Assembly: GCA_032718475.1 (NCBI GenBank)
Contig: JAUCBJ010006934.1
Span: 1 to 61,472 of the forward strand
Direction: 5' to 3'
DNA length: 61,472 bases
Source: Nemertoderma westbladi
Lineage: Eukaryota; Animalia; Xenacoelomorpha
Numbering within the stretch: position 1 is the stretch's first letter; each line of letters opens with the position of its first letter. Shown here in pieces: positions 1-13,700 of the stretch. The notes beneath the pieces are model-generated. The model saw only the letters and a list, made by a program, of their open reading frames with translations, did no database searches and had not been told where the DNA came from. The position numbers and the translations under genes are program-made.

Positions 1-128
1 CTCCCCAGTCGTCTCAGCCTAGGCTGAGAACACTCCCCAGTTATCTTAGCCTAGGCTGAGAAGAGAACACTCCCCAGTTATCTCAGCCTAGGCTGAGAAC
101 ACTCCCCTTAGGCTGAGATGACTCCCCT
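1..128. repeat. Left terminal array of a foldback/MITE-like element (~32-bp units with palindrome CTCAGCCTAGGCTGAG)
   Basis: Tandem units ctccccagttatctcagcctaggctgagaaca; reverse-complement copies at 601-647 and 18677-18790. Confidence 0.7.
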
Positions 129-438
129 AATTGCGAAAAATCCTACAAATATTTATTTATTGCATGTGTGCTCTTTCAGTTAAATCCTGATGTTGCTTTC
201 TCAATGTTAAATAATTATATTAAATACATACTGTAGGTAGAAATACCCGTTTCTGTTACTCGTTCGCGCTTGGAGAATCACTGGCTGATAAAATTTAAGG
301 GATCGAATAACCTGATCATTACTGATATGCAGATCTTCTTAGTCAGTGACTCTTGGATGGGTTGATATTTTACTCTAACCTGGAAGGTATCGTCGTTGGG
401 GTCTCAAGTCAGACCTAAAACCCTGGCTTTCCTGGTTC

Positions 439-766
439 TGTTTCGTTTCCGTTTCTGCTCCTTTCTGTAACTGTTTATTGTTTTGGTTACCTGCTCCTTT
501 CCCTCAATTGGTATGTTACCTGCTCTTTTTTCTCATTTTGTATTGTAACTGTTTATTGTATGTATAAAAGTCAGAAACAACTAAACAATTTTTTGCAACT
601 AGAGGGGAGTTATCTCAGCCTAAAGGGAGTGTTCTCAGTTCTCAGCCAATAAACAGTTACAATACAAAATGAGAAAAAAGAGCAGGTAACATACCAATTG
701 AGGGAAAGGAGCAGGTAACCAAAACAATAAACAGTTACAGAAAGGAGCAGAAACGGAAACGAAACA
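439..766. repeat. Perfect 120-bp inverted repeat (439-558 / 647-766)
   Basis: 647-766 is the exact reverse complement of 439-558. Confidence 0.92.
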
Positions 767-1620
767 CGGTAGTGCGTTTTTACTAATTGTGAATACAGCA
801 GTTCCTTAGGCCTTAGGGCGAATTGTAATTAGTGAGTTTTTTGAAAATTTTAGCTAGGTTTGCGAGAATTCAGTTTCGGTCAAAATTATTTGTAAAATTC
901 TAGAGTTTTGTACCGGTATGTTAGGTAACCGCTTAGTTATTTTATACCATCTGGAGATACATGGCAAGACGGAACTTCTGAGTTTGGGGTTCGTGTGGCT
1001 CTGCGGGTTCGGTTTGCAATCAGCGAAGAGCCTGAATCTTTGGACGCGGACGTGGAATCTCACAGCAAACAAGGTTAGTTGTTCTGTTGGCACCATTGTG
1101 TTTGTGGAAGCAGTAAAAAATTATCGGTTGTTTAACTGCGAAGCTGAACTCAATTTATTAGTTAGGATATTTAGGTTTAGCCGGCTATGGTTTTTTGAAT
1201 CGCTCAAGTTAGAGAGAGAGTTAGAGAGAGTCGCAACCCGAAGATGTAGCCACGCGCTAGTGGATACATATAATATTTGAAATTAAAATTTTGTTGATTA
1301 GAGCTATATATGCAAAATTGGAATTATTTGGGTGGCAAATTCATTCTGAATATTTTGTATTAGATTCAGAAATTATTTTGTGTCATACCGGTATTTAAAT
1401 TGCTATAATAGCTATATAATAATATTTTTATTTAAATATTGTGCTAGTATTTGCTATAACTATACCCTATTAAATTCACAATATTGCATTGCGAATTTAT
1501 TTGACATTTTGGACCAACTGATTATTAGACAAATAATTTGACCGTATTTTCGGTTAAATTATAATTATATCTCGAAATTTTGCGAGATATTTTGCCGGAA
1601 GGCAAAACATTATTTAGACT

Positions 1621-4600
1621 ATGAGTGTCTCAGACAAAGAGGCACTAGAGGACAGCTATGAGACGGCGGCTGGACCGCCGACTGACGATAGCGTAAATAT
1701 TACTGTTGACGACAATGCCGACTATGACGACGCAGCGAGCGACGCTGACGTAAGTGAACAGGAGGACGAGACAGTGACTAGTGAGGAAGAACAACAACCT
1801 CAATTAATAGTATTAGGATCCCCTACCACTACTGTAAGGAAGGACCGCACAGCAGCCCGGACAGAGGTGAGTGATAGGGAGGGTAGTGTAGCAGAAGCGA
1901 GAGCCCGGAGCCCGGTTTCCAGACCTGTGGGTATGGTAAGTGCCATGGTCCCGACGGCTGTAAGGAGTACCCGTAGTTCCCGAAATAATCCTTCAAGTCC
2001 ACCGAGTGTGAGTCAGGTAAGCGAGAGAGAACTAGACATTGCGATAAAGAAGAAACTTCGCGCGCATGCCGGACATATAACTCGGATGACGGACAAGGTA
2101 AGGAAGATGTTAGCTGACTCAGCGAACATCGGGAGGGTAGAGTTAGTAGAGATTAGAAGAGGATATAACTCAGCGTTATTCAAGCAGATGGAGGAGCTTG
2201 CAGTCCTAGCGAAGAAGGCAGTAGAGTCTCAGTCGAGCGACGTGGCGACGAGGATTTACGACAGGGTTTTAGCAGCCTTGTTGGAGCACCGCGAGTTATC
2301 GGAGCGATTCCGACGAGTTAGGACGGAGAACTGGCTGCTATGGGCATCACAAGCGCAGGCGACTCAGGTGAGTGACGCAGAGTTGAGAGACTTAGTGGAG
2401 CGGGAAGAGATCCAAGATAAAGAAGAGCGCCGGTATCAAAGGGAAGTTACTAGCTGGCTGATGCAGAATGGAGTGGTGGTACCAGGCCAGGTGCTACCGA
2501 CGACGGAGAACATCCAACAGAGGACGTTGACTCCACCTGACGATGCATCCAGAGACAGCGGCGATTCCCAGGTTAGTCACGCGCGAGGGAAAGTTATATA
2601 TGCTAGATCCCTTGTTTCTCACAACTCGGCGGAGGAGAGAAGACGCCGACTGGATGAACAACAGGCGGAAGTTTTGCGTGCATCGGAAGCACGGAAGGAA
2701 GCCGAGCGGGAACGGGAGCGCACACGTAAGTTGGACGCGGAGTTATGAGAGTTGGAAGAGATAAGTAAGCGCGAGCGAGCGGAATGCGAGCAAAAGGAAC
2801 GCGAACTCCAAGCCGAGCGCGAGCGCGAGGAACTCGAACGCGAACAGAGAGAACGCGAACTCCAACTTGAATGCGAACGGGAAGCGAAGAAACACGAACT
2901 CCAACTCGAACGCGAACAGGAAGCGAAGAAACGCGAACTCCAAGCCGAACGCGAACGCAAGAAACTCGAACGTGAACAGAAGGAACGCGAGCTTCAACTC
3001 GAATGCGAACGCAAGGAACGCGAACTCGAGATCGAGAAAAGAAGACGCGCATTGTATGAAGAAAAGGAGCGAGTGGAAGAAGAGAGCGCAGCGAGACGAG
3101 CGAGGGAAGAAGAAGAACGTAAACTGGCGCAGTTGGAAAGTGCGAGATTAAGTTTAGAGAGCGAAGAATGGACTAGGAAGGCGAACGAAATCGCCGAGAA
3201 GGGGATGCGAATGATCGAAGAATGTGGGGCGAGTGTAGGGACAGAGTTGCGAGAACTGTTCGCACTGCAGAAGGCCGAACAGGAAGCGAGAACTCCAACT
3301 ATACGCGAGTCGACGACGACCAGAATTCCTATACCCGGTCCAGCTATTACGAGTACACGGATCGCTAAACCGTTCTCTACATATCGTACACCAGTTGGTA
3401 TTAGTGCTTCACCTATCGCCCAGGATCCACGTCATCGGAACACCGCACCACTATACACCGAACGCGACAACGAAGAATTTAGAGGAGAAACTCCGACGGG
3501 ACAAGTATTTGGCGAACCGAACCCGCGGGTTTGGAATACGCGAACGGAGCGCCGACCCAGTTCGACGGAGAACTTCCGGGTTAAACCGGAAGAGGGATCA
3601 TATGAGAGACAGCAGATTACTCAGATAGAGCCGACTATGCAACAGAACCCTAGCCAGGAATTTATTACGAGGGATGAGTTAAGTGCTAGTTTGGCGCAAG
3701 CTATATTGCCGCACATCCAACCTATAACGGACATGCTTAGCAACCTACGGTTAAAGGAAGCAGCCCAGGTAAGAAGTAATTCTAATCCTAGCAGGCCTGA
3801 GTTAGATAAAGTCCAACCTAGTCAACGAGTACGCATATCGGAGGAGACTATACCACATAGACCTCAGTTAAGGACGCCTGTCCCGAATATTCATAATCCC
3901 AATTTCGAAAATTCGGCCGAGAAATTTATACAAGATGCTTGGGTCAGGGCCTCGGCACGCAAACCATCGCGAGCGCTAAGGACTGACACCGAATCAAGCG
4001 ATGAAGAGGAAGACATGAGACGTCAGAAGTCCCGAAACTATAAGGAAAGAAGGACCGACGCGGAGCAGGTAAGTTTGAACCACCGGGAAAGGACCAGACT
4101 TAACAACCCTGCAGAACTAAACCATTTGTTAACCCGGAATGACGCAACCCTTAGGGACATAGGTAAGTTTGCTGCTAGGCAAGGACTCCCGACGCAACAA
4201 CCCCAGAAGTTTATGGGTAACCATAAGCACTGGAGGACCTTCAAAACCTATGTCGACGAGCAGCTAACCAACAGCACCTTTACTCCCAACGAGAAGTTCA
4301 ACTATTTGCTTCAGATGCTCCATCGAGAACCTAGAGCCATTGCTGACAACTTCGTTGGCAATGAAAGGGCATTTGAGTTGGCAATGAAGACGCTTAGTGA
4401 CATCTACGGGAATAAAACCAAGATGGCACAGTCGATAGTAGAAGACTTGGGTAAGTGCGGAAGGATTACAACTCCGTTAGAGCTGTTGAACTTAGCGAAC
4501 GCTATTTCGAACGCATTGGACATCTTGAGGACGGTGAATCTACCTCATCATGGTGATCACGCCAAAGTTTTAAAGAGCGTAATAAGACGTTTAAACATGC

Positions 4601-7600
4601 GTTATCGACAGAAATGGCGCAAATTAGAGAATAAGTTGGAGGGTCAAGGTAAGGTGTTGACACTTCAGCATATTCATGACATGATAGCCACAGACGCAGT
4701 AGCAGAGATGAAATCAAACTTCTCAGAGGAGAATATGAGAGAGTCTAAACCTGTTACCGGTAAGTCTATGGTAAGTTTTGACGATGACAGGACCACTGTG
4801 ACATTTAACTCAGTAGACAGAAATAATTCGAGTACCCCAGCCTTTAGATCAGACTCGCGAGTATGGTCAGGTGAGCGGTTAGATAGACCTAGGTTAAAGC
4901 AACAGGAGTTGCCGGATGGATTTGTAGGTTGCCAATACTGTTTACTAAAGGAGGTAAGATCTGACGATCATAAGTTAGATAGTTGCAGACGGTTCAAAGA
5001 ATTAAATTCGGAACAGAGAAGAGTTCAAGTGCGGACGTTGGACACCTGTTGGGCATGTCTTGCGCCAGGCCATGTACGGCGGCAGTGCCCGAACAGCAAG
5101 GACGGATGCATGGAATGCGGCAGACTACATCACAGGTTGCTACATGCGGATTTCCATACCCCAACGGACCGTTACTTACAGCGAAATCCTCACAGGAAGG
5201 GGAGCAAAGAACCCGTATCGATAAGAAGAAATACGTACACCGGCATTCAGGACGATGGTTATCAACCAGGTTCGTCGGACGAAGATGGCGAGTCGAGCGC
5301 GAGAGAAGTGACCTGCCAAGGTTTCACCGCGGATAGTTCATCGACCAGCGCGCGGACGTATTTATCATCGGCCACGTCGGAAATATTTAGCGTGATTCCG
5401 GTGAAACTTACTGGAGATAAGGGATCGAAGCGAATATATGTGATGTTGGACACTGCGTCCACATTATCTTATATCGACGAGGAAGTGGCGAGAGCCGTTT
5501 CTAGCTTCCAGGACGCCGAGGAAATCCAAATAGAGTTGAAGTCTATGCACGGGGTAGGAGACCTCAAGGGACACAGAATTTCGGTGGAACTAGATTCCCT
5601 ACTTCCGAGAGACCAACATACTCGACAAGAACGGAAAGCTTTGCCATTGGACGGATTTAAGTGTCTAGCTATGAAGGGATTCGGCAGGCAGTTAGGTAAG
5701 GTGCCGCCGATGAGTCCCATAGCACAGGAGTATTTTGACAAGCTCAGAATACCCAGACATCAGGTAGGTTATAGGAATGTTTCTATGTTAATTGGTGCAG
5801 AACAGCTGATCGCACACCAAATATGGGAAACGAGACCAGCTGAGCCGCATGTCAATGGACCACATGCCCATAGGACTATATTAGGTTGGTATACAAGAGT
5901 ACCCATGTCTTATGAGTTTACAGGTGGCGACAAGCCAATAGACAGATACGACGAATTACAGCCTATAACTCAACCACCGTTAGTAGAACCACCAGACATA
6001 GACGAGTTTAGGAGAACCTGTATTGACCACTATAGTGACTTTAGCGAGTCGGACGAGGAGTTGATTCCCGATAATGTTAGGTTGTCGGAACCACTTCACA
6101 ATGACCGGACAGATAGTGAACCCGAGGACTGTTATCAGACCCGTGGGTCTGGTTCAGCGGCCCATGCTACTTATCTGAGTAACGTTTTGACTTATACCAA
6201 TATAGTGGAGGGTCAAGTGGCTAAATATCGAGACCTCGACATTTTCCAATACAGTGAGGAGGAACTACAGAAGGAATTGATACGCCAGGACCTCGAGACA
6301 GGAGCCAGAGCCATCGAATGGCTGGATAGGGACGCAATGGAACCCGGTGGATATGACCTAACCATGTCTACTGATGAGAAGCGGTCGCTGGAGATGATGG
6401 AAGATACCATACGTCTGCTACCGACTGGACATTTTGAAGTTGGAATGTTGTGGCGTCGACAACCACCTAAGTTGGAGAACAACTACAACTTAGCCTTGAA
6501 AAGATTGAACGGAGTAAGGGCTCGGTTGTTGAAGAATCCAGGCATTAGGGAGAAGTATTGCGCCCAGATCAACAACTATTTCGCCAAGGGATTTGCTGGG
6601 AAGGTAGAGGACCCTGACTTAGTGACAGACCAGACTTATTACCTTCCACACCACTATGTGACTCACCCTGACAAGCCTGACAAAGTCCGAGTAGTCAACG
6701 ACTGCGCAGCAGTCTATAGAGGTATGTCCCTGAATTCAGAGTTGATGGATGGTCCCAACCTGAATAATTATTTGATTGGAATACTGTTGCGTTTTAGACA
6801 GCGGCGATTCGCATTTACTTGTGACATCGAGGCGATGTTCCACCAGGTAAGAGCCTGTAAGGCAGACCAGGATAGCCTTCGCTTTCTCTGGTATGAGAAT
6901 GAAGACTTATCCGGCCCAGTGGTTACATACCAGATGTACGTTAGGATATTTGGCGCCCGCGATAGTCCAAACGGCACGCTGTTTGTTCTAAAGAAAACGG
7001 CAACAGCCCAAATTGGTAAGTACCCAGTAGAGGTTATCGAGTCCATCTTGAGAAACTTCTACATGGACGACGGATTGGTGTCCAAGGACACGGCGGAACA
7101 AGCCATAGAAGTGGCTCACGGCCTGCAAGAGTGCTTGGCTACAGGGGGATTTCCTCTGACCAAGTTCACAACGAACTCGGAGGCCCTATTAGAATCGTTC
7201 CCGGTGAAAGATCGCGGGAGCGGAGACATTGAATTGGGGGTAGAACCAATCCCCATGGCGCGAGTACTGGGACTCGCTTGGAATCCGAACACGGATAAAT
7301 TCCAGGTAAGAGTTAGATTTGAGCCCAGTAGCCCAGACAAGGTTTTGACTAAGAGAATTTGCTTATCGACATTGAGTAGACTATTTGACCCGATGAACGT
7401 TATCAGTCCGGTTATATTACAGGCACGAGCGTGCATGAGGAAAATTTGGTTGTCCGACCTAGAGTGGGACGAACCAATATCTCCTATACATGCAAAGCAG
7501 TGGAGGGAGTGGGAAGCCGAGTTGCATCTATTGAAAAATATAGATGTACCCCGTTCCTACTTTCCGAATCAGCTGGTATTTCCAGCTGATCTCGAACTGC

Positions 7601-10014
7601 ATCTATTTAGTGACGCAAGTGACACCGGCTTTGGTATGGTAGCCTACCTTCGCCGAGAGGTAAGTCAGGACAAATTTGAGATGGCTTTTGTGACTTCTAG
7701 ATCAAAGACAATGCCGGTCAAATACATGACTGTCCCTCGTGCAGAGTTACAGGCGGCTGTAGTTTCAGTCGAGGTAAGTAAGCATATAACTGAGGAGTTA
7801 GACACGACATTGACCTTATTCTATTGGACGGACGCATCCTTTGTGTTAGTATACATTGCGGCCGACAATATTGCACTAAAGACATTTGTGGCCAATAGAC
7901 GCGCTCAGATCGTTGACTTTTCGACGAAGGAACAATGGAGACATTGTCCGGGAGTGTTAAACCCGGCCGACATAACTTCGAGAGGTGCAATGCCGGCGGA
8001 ATTCTGTCAGGAAGAGTCGCAAGAGTTTTGGTTGCATGGACCTGATTTTCTAACCAGGACACAGGAACATTGGCCAGAGCGACTAAAGATAGTGACCAAT
8101 CCGATGCCTGAAGATGCAGAAGTCAAAGTGGAGAAAGTCTCTAAGTCAAAGTCTAAAGCCAAACTTAAGTCATTGGAGCGGCCTGAAGAGTCATTGGAGC
8201 GGCCCGGAGACCTGTCAGACCAACAGACTTACGTGACTACTAGGTCCGGAAGGGTAAGTTATGACGTAAAACCACCCTTACAGACTAAACCAGAGTCACA
8301 GTTGGTAAGTGACGGACAGAAAATGACCGACACAATGGAGCCTTTGGTTTCCAAACCTGCGGGTTTGGATTCGAAACTTCCATTAGTTAGCGGACAACCG
8401 TCGCTGGCATTAGAGCCATGTAGTATTTATGATAAATTACTAAATTCGTCTGCCTCTTGGCTGACGATTTGTAAAAGAACTGCGTGCTTAAGCCGATACA
8501 TTTCGTACCTTTGTTTAAAACATTCGGAACATTTGGGAGAACGAACGAGCACTAATAGTGAGCGAATTCAGAAATTGAAACAACCTCTGACAGAGGATGA
8601 GATTGATCAAGCGGAATTAAAGCATTTGAAACATTATCAAATGTGTGCCTTCCCTAAAGAATTCCATCTATTATCGGCTCAACGACCAGTTCTCTATAAA
8701 CCCGTTAGAAAATGGAGTCCATTAATCCATAAGGGTTTGATTTGTCATAGATCGAGAATCCAGACTGTCGACATAAACTCACAGTTCAGGTTCCCAGTGA
8801 TAATCCCTAGTCACCCAATAGAATTGCAAAGAGCGATTCTATGGGATATACACAAGAGGTTGCATCACGCGGGAAAGTTACACTGTTTGTCGGCAGCGAG
8901 ACAGCGATTCATTCTATTGCAGCCAAGCAGGGCAGTAGGCACTATGTACGACGCCTGTCTGGTTTGCAAGAGAGTGAATGCCAGAGTATTGGAACAGGAG
9001 ATGGCTGAACTCCCGGAAGCGATAGTGCAGGCATACGACCCACCTTTTACGAATACAGGGGTGGATTGTTTTGGTCCGATTGAGGCAAAGAGTGGACGGC
9101 TGACCCACAAGCGATGGGGTCTGCTACTGACATGTATGGCTAGTAGAGCCATACACATTGAGCGTGTGGCAGACATGTCGACCAAATCTCTGCTCCTGGC
9201 CTTAAAGAGATTTATGGCCAGGAGAGGACTAGTAAAGGCGTTCTACTCTGACAAGGGTACAAACTTTGTCGGGGGGAATAGCGAGTTGAACGCGGCTCAT
9301 GGAGCGGCACAGAATAAGGAAATTTCTGCAGCACTTTTGCTGCAAAGAATAGAATGGAGATTCAATACTCCAGAAAGTCCTTGGAGAGGAGGAAGTTGGG
9401 AGCGTTTAGTTCGCTCTGTAAAGTAGGCCATTGCCAAAACATTGCCTGTGAACAAACAACATACCGACGACGAGCTGGTCACAGCTTTCATTGAAATCGA
9501 GCATACATTAAACTCGAGGCCGATAGCTATGTTGCCAGACGGTGTTGCATTAACGCCGAATCATTTGCTAATGCAGAGTCCAGCATTTCTTGTGCCGGCA
9601 TCAGAACCCATTAGTGCCGACCTATATAGTCGTAAGAGCTGGAAGGTGACTCAATTTGTGGCGTACACATTCTGGGAATATTGGCGGGAATACTATCTTC
9701 CCACCATATCCACCAGAACAAAGTGGTACAAAACGGTTCGGAGTCTCCAAAGAGGAGATTACGTACTGATAACCGAGCCAATTGTCAAGAGAAAGTATTG
9801 GGAAACAGGAGTTATCTTGCACACACACCCAGACGTGCAAAACATAGTGCGCACAGTCACTGTGAAAATTAGGTGCAAGTGTCCACACCCAAAGAAGTGT
9901 AAAACTAATGGTTTACACACCTTGGACCGACCGGTCCAATATATCGTATTGTTAGAGGAGACACGTATCGAGACGGGAGATTATAATTTGTCTCCTGCCT
10001 CAAAACAGAATTAG
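1621..10014 (+). pseudogene. BEL/Pao Gag-Pol polyprotein (~2797 aa) with in-frame stops at 2746-2748 (TGA) and 9424-9426 (TAG)
   Basis: ORFs 1621-2748, 2752-9426 and 9442-10014 are in one frame. Motifs: DUF1759-like Gag (KFMGNHKHWRTF), Cys/His knuckles (CWACLAPGHVRRQC), protease LDTAS, RT YLPHH/CDIEAMFHQV/FYMDD, RNase H FSDAS/NPADITSRG, integrase HHCC and DDE (VDCFGP, SDKGTNF, WERLV). Confidence 0.95.
2761..3130 (+). repeat. Low-complexity coding repeat (E/R/K/Q coiled coil in Gag)
   Basis: Repeated gaacgcgaactccaa units encoding ERELQ-like heptads. Confidence 0.8.
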
Positions 10015-10713
10015 TGTTGGATGCAACTCACTTCGTATGCATTCCTCGTATGCAAATACAAGGAAATGCATAGGAGCGGGGTTGTGGTGATTTGCGTTGA
10101 GTTTTGTCTGGTGGGTATCAAAAACAAAATTTTATTTTCAAAATTTTTGGAAAATTAGAAAATTTTAAAAATTAGAAGTGAACCCAAGACAATTCCAGAT
10201 GCTGTGTATAGACGCGTTTTGAATTCGTCTATAGATAAACAGTAATTTGAAAAGTCGTGAAGCCTGGAAAATAGCATTTAGAAACCATGGTGACGGCTAT
10301 ATTACGTAGGAGTGTAAATTGAGTTTAGCAACTTCCACAGATTGGTGCCAACAGTGCAACTAAGGTGCTAAAGGTTAGTAGCACCAGAGGCGTACATGGA
10401 CCCCACTCAGTAGTTTGCAGTGATGTGTGATGTTCGATTATCAAACCTGTGGGTTTGGTATAGTCGAGTATTGTGGCTATGGTCCTTTCTAACTACTGTA
10501 GTTTAGTACGAGTAATGGGAGTAGTTTGGGCATCAAAAAGTGAGTTGGTCACGGCCAGTTTATCTCCAAAGTTTTTGCGCTATGCATGGGAATAGGTTAG
10601 AGGATAGTTAGTTAGGAAGAGACGGGATCTAGAGAGTCGAACCTGAACTGCTGGAAGGCAGCGGGGGGGGGGGGGGGGGGGGGGGGTTCGGGAGGTCTGT
10701 CTTTCGGCAACAT

Positions 10714-10732
10714 CTAACTGATTTACCCACAG
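10714..10732 (+). promoter_or_regulatory. Candidate branch point and splice acceptor for a subgenomic accessory-ORF mRNA
   Basis: CTAAC...tttacccacAG about 60 nt before ATG 10792; candidate donor AAG|GTTAGT at 1071-1079 in the leader. Confidence 0.5.
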
Positions 10733-10791
10733 TGTAATTGGTTACGTAACGGAACACTTATTGGGATATATATGTATATACGCGGGGCATA

Positions 10792-13700
10792 ATGGAGAAG
10801 GATATTAGAGCGCAACCGCGCAGAGGATTTACTGCCAGAGAGGAGGCGGAGTTACCATTCGCGCGACCGGGATGTAAAGATTCGAACGTTTACTACCATG
10901 GGCGGTCGGTGATGGAGCTAAATGGGAAATACAAACCCACTTATGATAAGGAATTACGGAGGGAAAGAATGAGAGCGTTGGGGGACCGTATGGAAGTTTT
11001 GCGAAGAGAGTATCGCACTCGGTATCCCTACGACTTCGCTTTAGACGTATGTGACATTAGTGCAGACCCGGACGAGGAGATCGCACGGCTGTACCATATG
11101 AATATGTATTTACGATATGAAGAACCTCTACCTGCAGTCCGCGATCAGTTCGACGGAATGCATCTGTACCGGAGGACTCGAGGCGAGGATCAGGAGACGC
11201 CGAAAATCTTCAGCGTGTACAAGCTGTTCTACAAGTGCGGTGAATGCATGAATAAACAAGACGTGGCGATTCCCGACCGACTAGACGAGCAACATCCAGA
11301 ACCGATATTAACGCGATGTCAAGCTCACCAGTTCCTTAGATATAACGAGGGAGGTTACCCGATGAGCAACCCGATGATCAGTATCGACTTCAGCGGAAAG
11401 CGACCTCCGAGACCCATTACGCCGACCGTTACGACATTAGATCCGTATACGGAGATTAAACCCTGTTCGACACCCAGTTTGATAGAGATGGCAGCGGCCA
11501 TTTCGCTGTACCGAGCCTATAAGGATCTAGAGGCGCGGCGCGGCGCGAAGCGGCACGGGACTCGGGTACCAAACCCGCGGGTTTGGAGCTCTCGAGTCCC
11601 TGGACTGCGTTTACTTCACCTCACCGAGCGAGAACCCTCACTCCTGAGCATCAGGACGACATAGACGCGTTGCGACGGGAGGAGCGAGCGGCGAAGGCGA
11701 AAGAGTTATTCGAGAATAGGATAGCGGAGTACAATAAGACCGCGGATAGACATCAAGAGGAGACGAGGAGAGTGACCGGATTTGTTCCACAGGCCGTATC
11801 TCAACCCCGACCGGTGTATTATTCCGACGGCAACGAACCTGCGATATTAGTAGATCATCCGGAGTCGCGAGAAGCGATAAGATTCTTGCCGATGGTAAGA
11901 ATGGCGGATCATTGGAACGTTGACTGTCTACGGGAAGTTTTATGCGCGAAGTTCTTGCGTGATGTCCCAATGCAGATCACAGATTATGACACATTGGACA
12001 AGATTGGAGCTCCGGGGAAGGAGAGCAAACTGTTTGGATGGTTGGATAAGTACATCAAAGTATGGGTCGCGGTGGCTACATTCCCAGACGACGAGGAGGT
12101 AGACCAGACGTGGCTGAGGAGGAAGGGTTCTTACACCCGATATGATGACCACAAGGCTATCGAGCGCATGTGGACCCCATCAGATGAGATTCAGCGTCAG
12201 TGGAGGAAAACGGAGGAATCACTGCAGGATTGGAGGGTGATGTTCTATGACAATGAAGGAGGGTCCCATCAGGAATGTTTGACTAGCAAGTGCATTCAAA
12301 TTCGCGCAGCCGATGGTGTGACTCATGTGTTTATGCGCGTGAGGGCGGATAGAGAGAGACCGGAGCCCATCATAACGACACAATATCGGAGGGGGAAGGA
12401 TCCTAGGGAGCAGATTTTGGAGGTATGCAGGCGAGGAGGTATGCACGGAGCGGAGCGTATCGACGCCAGGATGCTACCCAAGAAAGTTAGAGAGGCTATT
12501 CTCAACCAAGATTACGTCAAGGTGGGATCAGGAGTCCAGAGCGATTTGGAGAGTGACTTCAACGCCATGACTGATCTGGAAGATAGATTGCCGAGACCGT
12601 TTGTCGACACCAAGCTATTGTTGCTATGGGCACAGGATATTGGAATTTATAGAGAGTATCCCAACTCTGCCAAGACTGGTATGGGCTTCATAGCACACTT
12701 ATTGTATAATTGGGACTTTAAGTTAAAGACGCAGAAGAAATACGAGGAGGCGTATGGCGAATACAACACGCCACCGGGAGCGGAGTTCAAATCCCACTTC
12801 AAGCGGCAAGCGTTAGTGTATTGGAACATTTGCGCGCCACCCCGTGCGTCGCTACAATATTATTTGGTGCTTGAGTCGAACACGGTGACTTGTTTATTAG
12901 CGGATATCGTTGCGCGAGTTTTGAAGCGCCATCCATTGGTATTCGGAGGAGATCAATACGTTCGCTCGAAAGGGGGAATCCAATCCGACGTGATGAAGCG
13001 TTTCTTAACCCCGTTCTTCAACCAATCGTTAGAGAATACGTCGATGGTTAGGAGAGGATTAGCGATATTCGAAGGAGTATATCGACAGAACATCGGAGAT
13101 TTGGGAGACCGACCGTCGATGGAATATCCGACGCCAGAAGCCTTGGAGAAGTGGTTCGGGAATCAAACCCGCGGGTTTGGTACTCCCTTCCACTCGGAGG
13201 CTGATAGACCCGTTAAGGAGGGTTGGCCGGAGACGTTAGTAGAGGTGTTCGGAGTAGATCTTCCGGTGGAGAAGACATATCCGAAACGAACGCGGGAGGA
13301 AATATTGGAGATAGAGGACAAGGGCGAGGATGTTTACATTGTCTGGATCGACAACCGCTGACCGGAGAGGACGACATCGTATTAGACATTGGGAAAGAGG
13401 GAAGTGCGAAACCGATTGGAGACCTCATATACGAGAGGGCCTGGTTTCCACAAGCGCGTAGGTGTAAGTTATGCGGCAGCACAAGGCACAATCAAAAGTC
13501 GTGCGACGCGGTAGTAGAGGCGGCGCATAAGGTCTGCCGTTGGTGTAATGAGACCGACCATTTGTTTCACACGTGCACCGTCTTCATTTCTCAATGCGGA
13601 TATTGTGGAGTAAAGGGACATCGCAGCGCGAGATGTCAGTTGCGAGATGATTCCTTCCAAAACCATAGCGCTAACCTACTTCGGGAGATGTTAGATAAGT

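Noticed and set aside
1-128. CRISPR-like palindromic ~32-bp repeats
   Set aside because: No unique spacers, no cas genes, eukaryotic context; they are terminal arrays of a foldback element.
995-1012. Possible eighth hairpin copy (ctgcgggttcgg)
   Set aside because: Only the loop and 3' arm resemble the motif; the 5' arm does not pair.
2543-3151. Several overlapping short ORFs on both strands
   Set aside because: Shadows of the low-complexity Gag coiled-coil repeat.
10207-10234. gacgcgttttgaattcgtct resembling the hammerhead arm
   Set aside because: Lacks the CUGANGA and GAAA core; just a short hairpin.
11520-13361. Programmed -1 frameshifts in the accessory ORF
   Set aside because: A microsatellite slip and a single-base loss explain both shifts more simply; not formally excluded without other copies.
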